The notes under the pieces were generated by a model. The model worked only from the letters and a program-made list of their open reading frames with translations, was not told the origin of the DNA and searched no databases. Of a DNA stretch of 64,000 nucleotides, positions 1 to 10,082 are shown piece after piece. Source of the DNA: an uncultured Clostridia bacterium (GTDB lineage: Bacteria; Bacillota; Clostridia; Christensenellales; CAG-314); assembly GCA_947628135.1 (NCBI GenBank), contig CANQYT010000001.1:129285-193284 (forward strand), read 5' to 3'. Within the stretch, counting starts at the first letter, position 1; every line of letters starts with the position of its first letter. The position numbers were made by a program, and so were the translations under genes.

Positions 1-1
1 G

Positions 2-649
2 GGCATTTCCAACGGCACGCTGTATCCCGCCTATTTCGGAGAGGAGGTAAATTTCCTCACCGACGAGGCTGTCAAGGCTGATTACGTCGCCACCGCCGAC
101 AAGAAACGCAGCAGTCCCGCCCGTCAGAACAGTTACAATATGACGGTGCTTGCCGCGGTGTACGCGCGTTTGGGAGAGGGGGACAAGGCTGAGAAATGTC
201 TTTCCAACGCCGTAAAGGGCTGTATGATGAACAATCTCGCGTTTGTGGACAAGGATTGGCGCGGTATGGGTATTTGCGGCAGCGGCGTGTGGACTCCCGT
301 CCAACTCAACGTCAATATGGTGTTTGCGCACGCGGTACAGCAAATGCTGATGTATTCGCACAACGACGTGCTTAGCATATTCCCCGCGTTACCCAAAAGT
401 TGGGGCAGCGCAAGTTTCGAGGGCTTTGTCGCGGAAAACGGCATAGAAGTGTGCGCGTACTACGACGCGGGCAAAAAGACGTTGCGCGTCCGTCTCGAAA
501 GCAAAAAGGAAACGCGTATTCGGCTGTTCTTGCCGAATTTCGTAAAGAAACTCGTCAAATCCACCCTTCCCGACAAGACGGAGGGCGTAGACGTCTCCCT
601 CACCCTTCCCGCGGGCAGGAGCGTCGAACTGTCCTACAAAACGAGGTGA
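2..649 (+). CDS. glycoside-hydrolase-like protein, C-terminal part (5' end lies outside window)
   Basis: The frame of ORF 140..649 stays open back to position 2. The segment IFPALPKSWGSASFEGFVAENGIEV resembles the LLPALPxxWxxGSxxGLxARGGFxV region near the C-terminus of GH95-type hydrolases. Family recalled from memory only. Confidence 0.5.
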   Translation, partial: GISNGTLYPAYFGEEVNFLTDEAVKADYVATADKKRSSPARQNSYNMTVLAAVYARLGEGDKAEKCLSNAVKGCMMNNLAFVDKDWRGMGICGSGVWTPVQLNVNMVFAHAVQQMLMYSHNDVLSIFPALPKSWGSASFEGFVAENGIEVCAYYDAGKKTLRVRLESKKETRIRLFLPNFVKKLVKSTLPDKTEGVDVSLTLPAGRSVELSYKTR

Positions 650-653
650 GTTT

Positions 654-1358
654 ATGCAATTGAAAAAACTCGATCTGCTCAACGAAGGCAAAACGAAACG
701 GCTTTGGGCTACAAACGACCCGCGCCTTGCGATAGCGGAATTTTACGACGACGCTATGATGTATCACGGCAAACGCAAGTTGTATTTCGACGGCAAGGGC
801 GCGCTTACCAACGAGATAAACATAATTCTTATGCAGATGTTGGAAAAAAACAACATTCCCACTGCGTTCGTGGACAAGTATTCGGACAATTCCGCCGTGG
901 TGCGGCTTGCGGAAATGCTGCCCATAGAGGTGGTCGTGCGCAACTACGCCGCAGGCACTATGCCCGACAGGTTGGGGCTAAGTTACCACAGCAAGTTGAG
1001 ATCGCCCGTTTTGGAGTTCTGCTACAAAAACGACGACCTCGGAGACCCTTTCATCAACGAATATCACGCATACGCGATGGGGCTTTGCACGCAGGAAGAG
1101 ATGTCGGCTATGTGCTACAACGCAATGCGCATAAACAAAGTGCTTACCGACCTGATGAAAAAAGTAGGCGTGATAGTGGCGGATTTCAAAGCGGAATTCG
1201 GACGCGTAAACGGCAGATTGCTCGTCGCCGACGAAATTTCTCCCAACGTCGCGCGCTTTTGGGACAAAGACACGCTGAGACGTATGGACGACGAGGGCAG
1301 AAACCCCAAAGGGGAGTACATTCGCCTGTTGGAGTTGTTGAAACAGATAGATAACTGA
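654..1358 (+). CDS. purC: phosphoribosylaminoimidazole-succinocarboxamide (SAICAR) synthase
   Basis: 234 aa. Typical PurC N-terminus (LLNEGKTKRLWATNDP), the IEVVVRNYAAG motif and a C-terminal ADEISPNVARFWD segment. Confidence 0.9.
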   Translation: MQLKKLDLLNEGKTKRLWATNDPRLAIAEFYDDAMMYHGKRKLYFDGKGALTNEINIILMQMLEKNNIPTAFVDKYSDNSAVVRLAEMLPIEVVVRNYAAGTMPDRLGLSYHSKLRSPVLEFCYKNDDLGDPFINEYHAYAMGLCTQEEMSAMCYNAMRINKVLTDLMKKVGVIVADFKAEFGRVNGRLLVADEISPNVARFWDKDTLRRMDDEGRNPKGEYIRLLELLKQIDN

Positions 1359-1396
1359 AAAAAGCGTAAAGCGCGTAGAGCAAGGAGGCGCTGCAA

Positions 1397-1870
1397 ATGA
1401 AATGTATGTACTGCGGCTGTGAGGACAGCAAAGTTGTCGATTCCCGTTCCACCGACGACGGAAGAAGTATCCGCCGCCGCCGCGAATGTATTGCGTGCGG
1501 CAAACGTTTTACCACCTTCGAAACAATTGAAACAGTACCCTTTCTCGTGATAAAGCGAGACGGCACTCGTCAGATATACGAGCGTTCCAAGATAAAAAAC
1601 GGCGTTTTGCGCGCCTGCGAAAAGCGTCCCATATCTATGGCGCAGATAGACGAACTTGTGGACAATGTGGAAAAGGCGCTGTACAACAGTCTTGACGAGG
1701 AGATAACCTCGCAGAAAATCGGCGATATGGTTATGGAGCAACTCAAAGAGTTGGACGACGTTGCGTACATTCGTTTCGCCGCCGTTTACAGACAGTTCAA
1801 GGACAGCGCGACGTTCTTCGAGGAAATGAGCAAAATTTTCAACACGGGCAAGGGCAAGAAGAAACGCTGA
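1397..1870 (+). CDS. nrdR: transcriptional repressor NrdR
   Basis: 157 aa. N-terminal zinc ribbon MKCMYCGxxxSKVVDSR...RRRRECxxCGKRFTTFE followed by an ATP-cone. Confidence 0.95.
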   Translation: MKCMYCGCEDSKVVDSRSTDDGRSIRRRRECIACGKRFTTFETIETVPFLVIKRDGTRQIYERSKIKNGVLRACEKRPISMAQIDELVDNVEKALYNSLDEEITSQKIGDMVMEQLKELDDVAYIRFAAVYRQFKDSATFFEEMSKIFNTGKGKKKR

Positions 1871-2430
1871 TGAAGAACCTCGAACAGGAATTGAAACTTA
1901 TGCTCACGGAGCGGGAGTACGGACTGCTTGCGGAGCGCGCGGACGGTCAGCCGCAGTTGCAGACCAACTACTATTTCCGTTGCGGCGGCATTGCGTCGGA
2001 CGAAATGGTGCGCATACGCCGCAAAGGAGAGGTCTATACGCTTTGTTACAAGCGGCGGCTGTCCCAACAGGACGGAGTGACCGTGTGCGACGAGCGCGAG
2101 TGTCCCATTTCCGCCGAACGCTTCGGCTACATACTCAAACGCGGAGTATCCGCAGACGAAATGAACAAACTGTTGGACGTCAAGGTAAATTCTCCCTTGA
2201 CGTTGGCGGGCAGTCTGGATACCTACCGTTCTGCGTTTATGCTGAGCAATTGGCTTATCGAGTTGGACAAAAACGTCTATCTCGGCGTAATCGATTACGA
2301 ATTGGAGTGCGAAAACCGCGACGTAAGCCAACTTTCCGCACTGCGAAATTACCTTTACTACACATTCGGAATAACGGGAGAAGCGTCTCTGCCCAAGTCG
2401 GAACGCTTTTTTCGGGCGTTGAGCAAATGA
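1870..2430 (+). CDS. CYTH-domain protein (triphosphatase / class IV cyclase-like)
   Basis: 186 aa. Starts with an ExExK-like EQELKLML, then QTNYYF, VRIRRKG, and IELDKNVYLGVIDYELECE, matching the CYTH beta-strand pattern. Its start overlaps the nrdR stop. Confidence 0.6.
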   Translation: MKNLEQELKLMLTEREYGLLAERADGQPQLQTNYYFRCGGIASDEMVRIRRKGEVYTLCYKRRLSQQDGVTVCDERECPISAERFGYILKRGVSADEMNKLLDVKVNSPLTLAGSLDTYRSAFMLSNWLIELDKNVYLGVIDYELECENRDVSQLSALRNYLYYTFGITGEASLPKSERFFRALSK

Positions 2431-3074
2431 AACTGAACAAAACTTACAAGTATATTATTTTCGACTTCGACGGCACGCTCAACAACACTTCGCCGGGGAT
2501 ATATGCCACGTTCACTGCGGTACTCGCGCACTTCGGCAAGGACGCGTCTACCGTCGATTTGTCGCGGCACATAGGACCTCCTCTTACGGACAGTTACACG
2601 CGCTTGTTGGGCGCGCGGCGTTGCGCCGAAGCGATAGAACTGCACAAAAAGATATTCGCCGAAACAAAAGCGGCGGAAAACAGTTTTTTGTACGACGGAG
2701 TCACGGATATGCTCGACGCGCTCAAACGAAGCTGCAAGTACGTGCTTGCCGTTGCGTCCAGCAAGTACGAACCGCACGCGATAGAGTCGCTTGCCTATCA
2801 CCGCATAGCCGACTACTTTCAATACGTGTACGGGCAGACGGAAAAGCGCGGTTTCAAAAAGGACGTATTGCGGCAATTGACAGAGGACAACGGTTGGGAG
2901 CGTTCGCTGTGTCTGATGATAGGGGACACTCTGCACGACGTGGAGGGCGCGCGCTGTTGCGGTATAGACGCCGTTGCCGTCACCTACGGCTTCGGAAAGG
3001 AGTCGGAACTTGCGGCGGCTCACCCCGTTGCGCTTGTTCGCTCGCCCAAAGAAATTACGGAGTTGCTTATTTAA
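2427..3074 (+). CDS. HAD-superfamily hydrolase (phosphoglycolate phosphatase/PpaX-like)
   Basis: Internal Met (residue 150) of ORF 1980..3074 gives MKLNKTYKYIIFDFDGTL (HAD motif I DxDGT). Motif IV GDTLHDVEG lies near the C-terminus. The upstream part of the long ORF overlaps the CYTH gene. Confidence 0.85.
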   Translation: MKLNKTYKYIIFDFDGTLNNTSPGIYATFTAVLAHFGKDASTVDLSRHIGPPLTDSYTRLLGARRCAEAIELHKKIFAETKAAENSFLYDGVTDMLDALKRSCKYVLAVASSKYEPHAIESLAYHRIADYFQYVYGQTEKRGFKKDVLRQLTEDNGWERSLCLMIGDTLHDVEGARCCGIDAVAVTYGFGKESELAAAHPVALVRSPKEITELLI

Positions 3075-3075
3075 T

Positions 3076-4737
3076 ATGAAACGAACCGACTACAAAAGTT
3101 ATTTCAAAAACGTAATAGTACCTGTATTTGTATACGGCGCGCTCACAGGTTTGGTGGTGGGTACGATAGTGTACTTTTTCAAGTGGGTAGCGGAGTGGCT
3201 CACGGAAAGATCCGCCGAAATTTACCGCTTTGCGCAGACGCATTGGTACATAGCGGTAGCCGTTGTCGCCGCGGCGATATTGCTCGCCGTAGTGGAGTAT
3301 TTTCTGCAAAGATGGTCGTCCGAAACAAGCGGCGGAGGTATTCCGCGCGCGGAGGGCGTACTGCGCGGACTGCTCACCTTTCGGTGGTTGCGCACGGGCG
3401 TAGCGGTAATATTGAACAGCTGGATAAGTTTCTTTGCGGGTTTGCCCTTGGGAAGCGAAGGACCGAGCGTTCTTCTCGGCACTGCGATAGGCGGCGGCAC
3501 AAGCAAATTGCCCCTTTCTCACAACAGTTGGGATCGCTACATAATGACGGGCGGCGCGTGCGCGGGTTTTGCCGTAGCCACCAACGCCCCTGTAACGGGC
3601 ATTTTGTTCGCGCTGGAAGAAACGCACAAACGCTTCACCCCGATGATATTTCTTATGGCTATGAGCAGCGTGCTGTTCGGAGTTACCGCGTCCAATCTGT
3701 GGTCGCTGGCTTTGGGACAAGCCCCGTCGCCCCTTTTCGATTTGATGGGGGCGGAGGGCGAAAAACTCGTTATGGGAGCGTTTGCGCTCAAAGACATCTG
3801 GATACCGTTACTGCTCGGCTTAGCCGTCGCGGCGTTGGCGATAGGGTACAATCATCTGGTGTTTTGGATAGGTAAACTGTACGATTCCAAGTTGAAAAAA
3901 ATTCCCCAATGGGTACGCCTCGTCATCGTGTTTGCGCTGACGGCGGTCATCGGCTTGATAGCATTCGGCGATTTCGACGGTACAAACGCGCTGTTCGGCG
4001 GCGGCGGACTTATCAAAGGTCTTGCCGAAAACAAATTTCCGTGGAGAATAATATTCGTTCTGTTGGCGATACGTTTCTTTATGATAGCCTTTTCAACGGG
4101 CAGCGGCGCAACGGGCGGAGTGTTCATACCGATGCTGAGTATCGGCGCGCTGTTGGGCGCGTTGCTGGGAAACGCTTTCGTCGCTATTGGTATGCAAAGC
4201 GAACTGTTTCCCACTGTGGTGATGCTTACTATGTCGGCGTTTATGGGCGCAACCACGCGCGCGCCCCTCACCGCGTTGGTGTTTATGGTGGAAAGCACCT
4301 GGTCGTTCAGCAATCTGTTTTACGTTGCTATCACCGTCTTTTTGAGTTACTTCCTCTGTGAGATATTCAAAACCGAACCGCTGTACGACGTGCTGCTGGA
4401 ACGTATGATATCCAAACAAAACGACGGCAAAAAATGCGAAATAGTCCGCCTCTCCTACACAGTGCGTAAGGGGGCGTTCGCCGTCGGCAAAGCGGTGCGC
4501 GACGTGCTGTGGCCCGCCAACACCAAGGTGAGCGAAATAGCGGCGGGCGACGTTACGCGAATGGACGACGACGGCGAGAGAAAACTGCACGTCGGGGACG
4601 TTCTCACCATCATCACCCAAACGTACGACCTACCCGCAACGGAAAAGGAACTGCGGGAAATTTTGGGAGAGCAGTCCCCTCCCGAAACGCCGTCCGATAG
4701 CCCCGACGAGGTTTCCCCCGCCGATTCGCAAGACTGA
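3076..4737 (+). CDS. ClC-family voltage-gated chloride channel / H+-Cl- antiporter with C-terminal TrkA-C-like domain
   Basis: Start taken at Met 35 of ORF 2974..4737. ClC selectivity motifs GSEGPSV and GGVFIPML are present, with many TM segments and a soluble C-terminal domain. Confidence 0.9.
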   Translation: MKRTDYKSYFKNVIVPVFVYGALTGLVVGTIVYFFKWVAEWLTERSAEIYRFAQTHWYIAVAVVAAAILLAVVEYFLQRWSSETSGGGIPRAEGVLRGLLTFRWLRTGVAVILNSWISFFAGLPLGSEGPSVLLGTAIGGGTSKLPLSHNSWDRYIMTGGACAGFAVATNAPVTGILFALEETHKRFTPMIFLMAMSSVLFGVTASNLWSLALGQAPSPLFDLMGAEGEKLVMGAFALKDIWIPLLLGLAVAALAIGYNHLVFWIGKLYDSKLKKIPQWVRLVIVFALTAVIGLIAFGDFDGTNALFGGGGLIKGLAENKFPWRIIFVLLAIRFFMIAFSTGSGATGGVFIPMLSIGALLGALLGNAFVAIGMQSELFPTVVMLTMSAFMGATTRAPLTALVFMVESTWSFSNLFYVAITVFLSYFLCEIFKTEPLYDVLLERMISKQNDGKKCEIVRLSYTVRKGAFAVGKAVRDVLWPANTKVSEIAAGDVTRMDDDGERKLHVGDVLTIITQTYDLPATEKELREILGEQSPPETPSDSPDEVSPADSQD

Positions 4738-4867
4738 CTTGCGGCGATATTTTCGTTTTACATTGCGCGCGCAACAAATTTTTTGTCAAAATGTTGCAAA
4801 ATATTAGACAAATCGCAAATGTGTGTGTATAATTAAATATATCCTAATAGGAAAGGAGTGTAACGTT

Positions 4868-5038
4868 ATGGCTCACAAAATCAGTAATGATTGTATTGCT
4901 TGCGGCGGTTGCCAAAGTGTTTGCCCCTGCGACGCTATCAGCGAAGGCGACGGCAAATTCGAAATTGCGGCAGATCTCTGCGTAGATTGTGGTGCGTGCG
5001 CAGCACAATGTCCGGTCGGCGCTATTGAAGAGGCTTGA
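4868..5038 (+). CDS. 2x[4Fe-4S] ferredoxin
   Basis: 56 aa from internal Met MAHKISNDCIACGGCQSVCP...CVDCGACAAQCP (two CxxCxxCxxxCP clusters). RBS GGAAAGGAG lies upstream and a terminator downstream. Confidence 0.9.
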   Translation: MAHKISNDCIACGGCQSVCPCDAISEGDGKFEIAADLCVDCGACAAQCPVGAIEEA

Positions 5039-5053
5039 CCGCCAATCTTTTCG

Positions 5054-5078
5054 CCCGAAGCGATGCTTCGGGTTTTTT
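5054..5078 (+). terminator. rho-independent terminator after the ferredoxin gene
   Basis: Hairpin CCCGAAGC-gatg-CTTCGGG followed by TTTTTT. Confidence 0.8.
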
Positions 5079-5324
5079 GTTGCAAAAAATCTTTCCGCGC
5101 ATACTTTTTCGGACGTTTTTACGTCGCCCGACTTTGCGGTGTTTTTCTTCGGGAACTGCGCCTCGCCGCGCAACCAAAAGGGCGATTGCGGACAAGCGCG
5201 GCAACTGCGGCGCGAGCAGTTTGTCTTTAAGCAAGGCGTTGGGCAGTCGGGTTTTGCCGCTTTTTGCGCACGCGCGCGCATTTTTTTACTTTACTAATCG
5301 CAAGCGATGAGGTAAAATAAACCT

Positions 5325-6062
5325 ATGGTAACGTTGAAAGCGCAAGAAACGATAGAAGATCTTCAATGCGACGGTCTGCGGCTTATACAATCGACAAAGG
5401 AGTACCGCTTCACGACGGACGCGGTGTTGCTTGCCAACTTCTGCAAGGATATGCGCGGCAAACTCTGCGTGGAGTTCGGCGCGGGCAGCGGCGTTGTGAG
5501 TATACTCGTCGCCCGCAAAAAACACCCCAAGCGTGTAGTGGCATTGGAAATTCAGCCGCAACTTGCCGATATGATGAAGCGCAGCGTACAACTCAACGGA
5601 CAGCAGGACGTTGTCGAAGTGTACGTTGCCGACCTCAAAGACGCCTGTCGGTACGTAAAGGACGCCGACGTCGTGGTGTGCAACCCTCCCTATCGCAAGG
5701 TGGGCAGCGGCGAGCGGCAACAGCAAAGCAACATCGCGCTGTGCCGTCACGAGATAGCGGCGACCCTTTCGGACGTCATCGTCAGCGCTTCCGCGGTACT
5801 CAACAATCGCGGCAGTTTGTATCTGGTACATCAGGCGAGCCGCCTTTGCGAGATAGTGACTTTGTGCCGCGACAGCGCACTTGCCGTAAAGGAGATACTG
5901 CCCGTATGTCCCACGCCCTCGCGCCCGCCGAATCTGGTGCTGATACGCGCGGTAAAGGGCGGCGCGGCGGATTGCAAACTGCTTTCTCCGCTGTACGTCA
6001 CGGACGAAGCGGGCAACTACACGAAGCAGGCGTCCGCTTGGTACGGCTTAGCGGACAATTGA
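5325..6062 (+). CDS. SAM-dependent methyltransferase, tRNA (adenine-N6) TrmN6/YabB-like
   Basis: 245 aa. SAM-binding motif VEFGAGSG and catalytic NPPY (VVCNPPYRK). Sits upstream of rsmI, as yabB does in Bacillus. Confidence 0.75.
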   Translation: MVTLKAQETIEDLQCDGLRLIQSTKEYRFTTDAVLLANFCKDMRGKLCVEFGAGSGVVSILVARKKHPKRVVALEIQPQLADMMKRSVQLNGQQDVVEVYVADLKDACRYVKDADVVVCNPPYRKVGSGERQQQSNIALCRHEIAATLSDVIVSASAVLNNRGSLYLVHQASRLCEIVTLCRDSALAVKEILPVCPTPSRPPNLVLIRAVKGGAADCKLLSPLYVTDEAGNYTKQASAWYGLADN

Positions 6063-6141
6063 ACGCGCTTACTGCGGAGGATTTTCCGCAGAGTAATTTT
6101 TGGGTCTCGGTTTGCTTACCGCGCCGACCCAACGGAGCAAT

Positions 6142-6924
6142 ATGGTATATTTCATTGCAACGCCGATAGGAAATCTCGGCGAGATAACTTTTCGTGCGGT
6201 GGACACGTTGAAGAGCGTTTCCGCGATATTTTGCGAGGACACGCGCCACAGCAGGATACTGTTGGAACGCTACGCAATTTCCAAACCCACGTACAGTTAC
6301 CACAAATTCAACGAGGCAAAACAGACGGAATTTGTCTTGTCCTTTTGCGAACGGGGCGAGGATGTGGCTGTCATCAGCGACGCGGGAATGCCCTGCGTCA
6401 ACGACCCGGGGCACACATTGGTCAACGCGCTCAAAGAAAAGGGCTATCCCTACACGGTAGTCAGCGGTCCGAGCGCGTTCGTCAATGCGTTTGTGCTAAG
6501 CGGCTACGAACCGCCCTTTACCTTTTACGGTTTTCTCCCGGACAAGAAGAAGGACCGCGACAATCTGCTGGACGCAAGCGTTGGCGTAGCGATATTTTAT
6601 CTGTCGGTACACGATCTGAAAGAAAATATGTCCTATCTTGCCGAACGGCTGGGGGACAGGGAGTGCTGTCTGGTAAAGGAACTCACCAAGTCGCACGAGC
6701 AAGCGCGTTTTTGCCGTTTGAGCGACGAGATAGAGGACGACAAGGGGGAATTCGTGTTGGTGGTAAACCGCGGAAAGGACGTCAATCCGTTGTGCGCGCT
6801 GTCCGTAAGCGAACACCTCGATTACTACATCAGGGACGGTATGAGCAAGTCCGACGCGATAAAAGCCGTCGCGAAAGACCGAAATCTCCCCAAAAACGAG
6901 ATATACAAACAAACCTTGCGGTGA
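6142..6924 (+). CDS. rsmI: 16S rRNA (cytidine1402-2'-O)-methyltransferase
   Basis: Internal Met 15 of ORF 6100..6924 gives MVYFIATPIGNLGEITFRAVDTLKSVSAIFCEDTRHS, the canonical RsmI N-terminus. Confidence 0.9.
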   Translation: MVYFIATPIGNLGEITFRAVDTLKSVSAIFCEDTRHSRILLERYAISKPTYSYHKFNEAKQTEFVLSFCERGEDVAVISDAGMPCVNDPGHTLVNALKEKGYPYTVVSGPSAFVNAFVLSGYEPPFTFYGFLPDKKKDRDNLLDASVGVAIFYLSVHDLKENMSYLAERLGDRECCLVKELTKSHEQARFCRLSDEIEDDKGEFVLVVNRGKDVNPLCALSVSEHLDYYIRDGMSKSDAIKAVAKDRNLPKNEIYKQTLR

Positions 6925-6932
6925 CGCCGCAC

Positions 6933-6967
6933 GCCCGACCGTGTCAGGTTCGGGCAAATTTTTTTTT
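6933..6967 (+). terminator. probable rho-independent terminator after rsmI
   Basis: Imperfect hairpin GCCCGACC...GGTTCGGGC followed by AAA and a T9 run. Confidence 0.55.
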
Positions 6968-7144
6968 CGTCACTGCACCAAAACGCCGTCGTTGTGCGTT
7001 TGTATTATGTCGTGACTGTACGAACACGCGTGTGACGGTCGCAAAAAAAATTTTTCGCTGACCTGCAATAAAATGAGCCTTGTCCGCGTTTATATTACGT
7101 CGAAGGCAACGACAGAATAAAACTTCGGGTAAGCGAAAGGAGAA

Positions 7145-7729
7145 TTGATAAAAAAGCGAGGAAACAAACAAAAGATGTCATCTGAAAACTACATAAGACC
7201 TCGTCGGAGAGAACTTGACAACGCCATATACGGCATTGCCAACGGCGAGGAGGGATCACTCAAAGTTCTCTACAATTTGAGCGGCAGCGCAATTTACGCT
7301 TACGCGCTCACTCTGACGGGCAACGTCTACGACGCCGAGGACGTGATGCAGGAAACGTTCGTAAAGATATACGACGCGTCTCCCAACTACGTATCGCGCG
7401 GCAATCCGATGGGTTGGATATTGCGCATAGCCAAGAACCTATGTTTCGACAAGTTCCGCGCGCGGTCGCGTTTCGAAACGGTATCGGACGAGCAGTTGGA
7501 ACGTCAGTTGGCTACCACAAACGCCGACGCCGAAGAGAGACTGCTGATACGAAGTTGTCTCGACAAGTTGGACGAGGACGAACGCGCGATAGTGGTTATG
7601 CACGCGGTAGGCGGTATGCGGCACAGAGAAATTGCGTCCGAGCGCAAAATTCCGCTCAACACAACGCTCTCCAAGTACAAACGGGCGCTTGTGAAACTAC
7701 GTAAAATATTGGAAGGAGAAGAAAAATGA
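7145..7729 (+). CDS. ECF-type RNA polymerase sigma-70 family factor
   Basis: 194 aa. Region 2 (AEDVMQETFVKIY...WILRIAKNLCFDKFR) and region 4 (HAVGGMRHREIASERKIPLNTTLSKYKRAL). Start is ambiguous: TTG at 7145 or ATG at 7175. Confidence 0.85.
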   Translation: MIKKRGNKQKMSSENYIRPRRRELDNAIYGIANGEEGSLKVLYNLSGSAIYAYALTLTGNVYDAEDVMQETFVKIYDASPNYVSRGNPMGWILRIAKNLCFDKFRARSRFETVSDEQLERQLATTNADAEERLLIRSCLDKLDEDERAIVVMHAVGGMRHREIASERKIPLNTTLSKYKRALVKLRKILEGEEK

Positions 7730-9156
7730 AAAACAAAAAAATAGAAAACAAAGTCGCACAAAGTTTCAGCGACGCCAAACCGGACGTTTACGACGCCGTA
7801 TCGGCGCAATGTCCCACGCGCGCTTCGGCAAGTACGGCGGCAAAGAGAAGTTCCGTCGGCGGTTGGAGGATAGCGACCTGCGCGCTTGCCGCGATATTGG
7901 TGGTGGCTATCGTGTTCGGCGGAGTAGCCCTCGGACTGAGGGGCGGCAGTACGGCGGTTGCGGCTACCGTAACGTTGGACGTAAACCCCAGCATATCCGT
8001 TTCCGTTGACAAAAACAACTACGTCGTCGGCGTGGAAGCGCTCAATATGGACGGCGAAAAAATCATCGGCGATATGGATTTCAAAGGCTCTCACATAGGC
8101 GTTGCTGTATACGCGCTTATCGGCAAAATGGTGGTAAACGGCAAACTCAGCCTTGACGCAAATTCCATTTTGGTATCTATCGAAGCGGCTCAAAGCGATT
8201 ACGACGCGCTGTTGGACATAGTCTCCAACGAAATAGAGTATATGTTCGGCGACGCGAGCATAGTGTCCCAACGTCTGGACGACACCGCAAGGGCAAGAGA
8301 ACTTTCGGAAAAATACGGAATTTCCGTCGGCAAGGCGCAGTTGATAGTCAAGATACTTGACAAAGTGCCCGGCAAGTACGCGGAAGAACAACTTGTTTCT
8401 CTCAAAATCAACGAACTCAACCTAATTCTCGACGGTCTCGGAATGGCGGGCGAAGAGGTCGCTCAGACGGGCAGCGCCAACGACGGCAAGTATATCGGGC
8501 GCGAAGCGGCGATAGCCGCGGCTCTTGCAACGGTATCCGTAGGGCAACCCCCCGCAAACGTGCGCTGCAAGATGGATTTCGAGGACGGCGCGATGATATA
8601 CGAAGTGGAATTTGTCCACGGCGATTGGGAGTATGAAATAGGCATTGACGCCTTGACGGGCGAAACGTTGAGTTACGAGCGCGAACCGCTTACCAAGGTG
8701 CAGGGCACGCCCGTTTCGCAGGAAGAGGCAAAAGCAAAGGCGTTGGAACTTGCGCAAGTGCCCCAAGAGGACCGCGCAAACCTCACCGTCCACGCGCAAA
8801 CAAAGACCGACGACGGCGAAACGGAGTACGAAATCAACTTCGTCTACAACGGATACGCGTACGAATTCGAGTTGGACGGTTTCGGCAACGTGCGCGCCGC
8901 TTCCAAAAGGCAACCCTCTGCCACGGGAACGTTGGGATACGACGACGTCAAGCAACGCGTCGTCGAGGAAGTGACCAAGAACAGCAGATTTACATCTTTG
9001 AAACTTTCCGAAATACGCGATTGGGAGATAGAATTGGACTACGAACGCGGCAACAAGGTGTACGACATCGAATTTAAGTGGAACAACTACGAATTCGATT
9101 GTAAGTTAGACCCCAACACGGGCGCATTCACCTTCGAAGCGGAAATAGACGATTAA
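7726..9156 (+). CDS. anti-sigma-factor-like membrane protein with repeated PepSY-like extracellular modules
   Basis: Start overlaps the sigma gene stop by 4 nt (ATGA). One TM segment (CALAAILVVAIVFGGVALGL). The C-terminal half has repeated ...YEVEF / YEINF / YDIEF modules typical of PepSY. Confidence 0.6.
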   Translation: MKNKKIENKVAQSFSDAKPDVYDAVSAQCPTRASASTAAKRSSVGGWRIATCALAAILVVAIVFGGVALGLRGGSTAVAATVTLDVNPSISVSVDKNNYVVGVEALNMDGEKIIGDMDFKGSHIGVAVYALIGKMVVNGKLSLDANSILVSIEAAQSDYDALLDIVSNEIEYMFGDASIVSQRLDDTARARELSEKYGISVGKAQLIVKILDKVPGKYAEEQLVSLKINELNLILDGLGMAGEEVAQTGSANDGKYIGREAAIAAALATVSVGQPPANVRCKMDFEDGAMIYEVEFVHGDWEYEIGIDALTGETLSYEREPLTKVQGTPVSQEEAKAKALELAQVPQEDRANLTVHAQTKTDDGETEYEINFVYNGYAYEFELDGFGNVRAASKRQPSATGTLGYDDVKQRVVEEVTKNSRFTSLKLSEIRDWEIELDYERGNKVYDIEFKWNNYEFDCKLDPNTGAFTFEAEIDD

Positions 9157-9176
9157 CTTCGACCCCCACTCAAAAA

Positions 9177-9201
9177 ACGCTCTCGCAACGAGGGCGTTTT
9201 T
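9177..9201 (+). terminator. rho-independent terminator after the sigma/anti-sigma pair
   Basis: Hairpin ACGCTCTCG-caa-CGAGGGCGT followed by TTTTT. Confidence 0.75.
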
Positions 9202-9351
9202 CATTGCAAAAATTGTTGACAGCAAAGTTTGCAAAAGCGCTTGCCGCGGCGTTACAATGTATACGAGGGGCAGGAGGGACTTGCGCTTCTCGGCGGGAAA
9301 CTTTGGGGACTGTGTTTTTCCCGAAACTAAAAAAAGGAGAAATGAGTTTTT

Positions 9352-9981
9352 ATGGATCTCGCAACTTTTTTGTCGCGTGCGTGCGAATTTTTCGCCGAAA
9401 GCGGCAGCGCGTACTTCATTGCGTACGCGGCGGCTACTTGTTTGCTTACCCAAGCGGTAAAAAAACTTTTCGTCAACAAGGCGAAAGTGGACGTTTTTCA
9501 CAAGTTCGATTGGGCGCGCGTTTTGCCCTTCGTTTTCGGGGCTGGCTTTGCCGCTCTGGACGTGTTTGTTGTGCGCGGCGTGCGCGTTTTCGACGCGGGC
9601 ACGGCGTTGCAACTTGTCGCGTCGGCGCTGGCGATAGGTTCGTTGGCGACCTGCGCTTTCCGCTTTGTGAAGAGCCTGTCGGGGCAAAGTCTTTCCGACT
9701 TGATGAAAAACGATTTTTTCGGAGCGTTCTACACCCAATTGCTGTACTTCGGCAACGTGCGGCAGCGTATAGCCGACAAGCAACTTGATTTCCGCGATTT
9801 CATTTCGCAGGTAAAGTTGCTTGCCTCCGACGCCGAAATCATTTACAGAGATGAGGGCAACGCCGACGCAAAGCGCTGCCGTCTTGCGGGGCTGCTGAAA
9901 GGCATAATCGACGACGGCAGTATCGAAGCCTGCGTCAACGTTCTCAACGACGCATTGATGAAACTTACTTCCGACAAGTAG
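9352..9981 (+). CDS. hypothetical membrane protein
   Basis: 209 aa ORF with AAGGAG upstream. Three hydrophobic segments in the N-terminal half. No recognisable family. Confidence 0.55.
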   Translation: MDLATFLSRACEFFAESGSAYFIAYAAATCLLTQAVKKLFVNKAKVDVFHKFDWARVLPFVFGAGFAALDVFVVRGVRVFDAGTALQLVASALAIGSLATCAFRFVKSLSGQSLSDLMKNDFFGAFYTQLLYFGNVRQRIADKQLDFRDFISQVKLLASDAEIIYRDEGNADAKRCRLAGLLKGIIDDGSIEACVNVLNDALMKLTSDK

Positions 9982-10082
9982 CATAGCAATGGGGCTGTCC
10001 GCAGTGACAGCCCTTTTTGTTGTTGACAAAAACGCCGCGGGATACTATACTGTTAGCAAATCGGCTCAAAGCGGTGAAATTT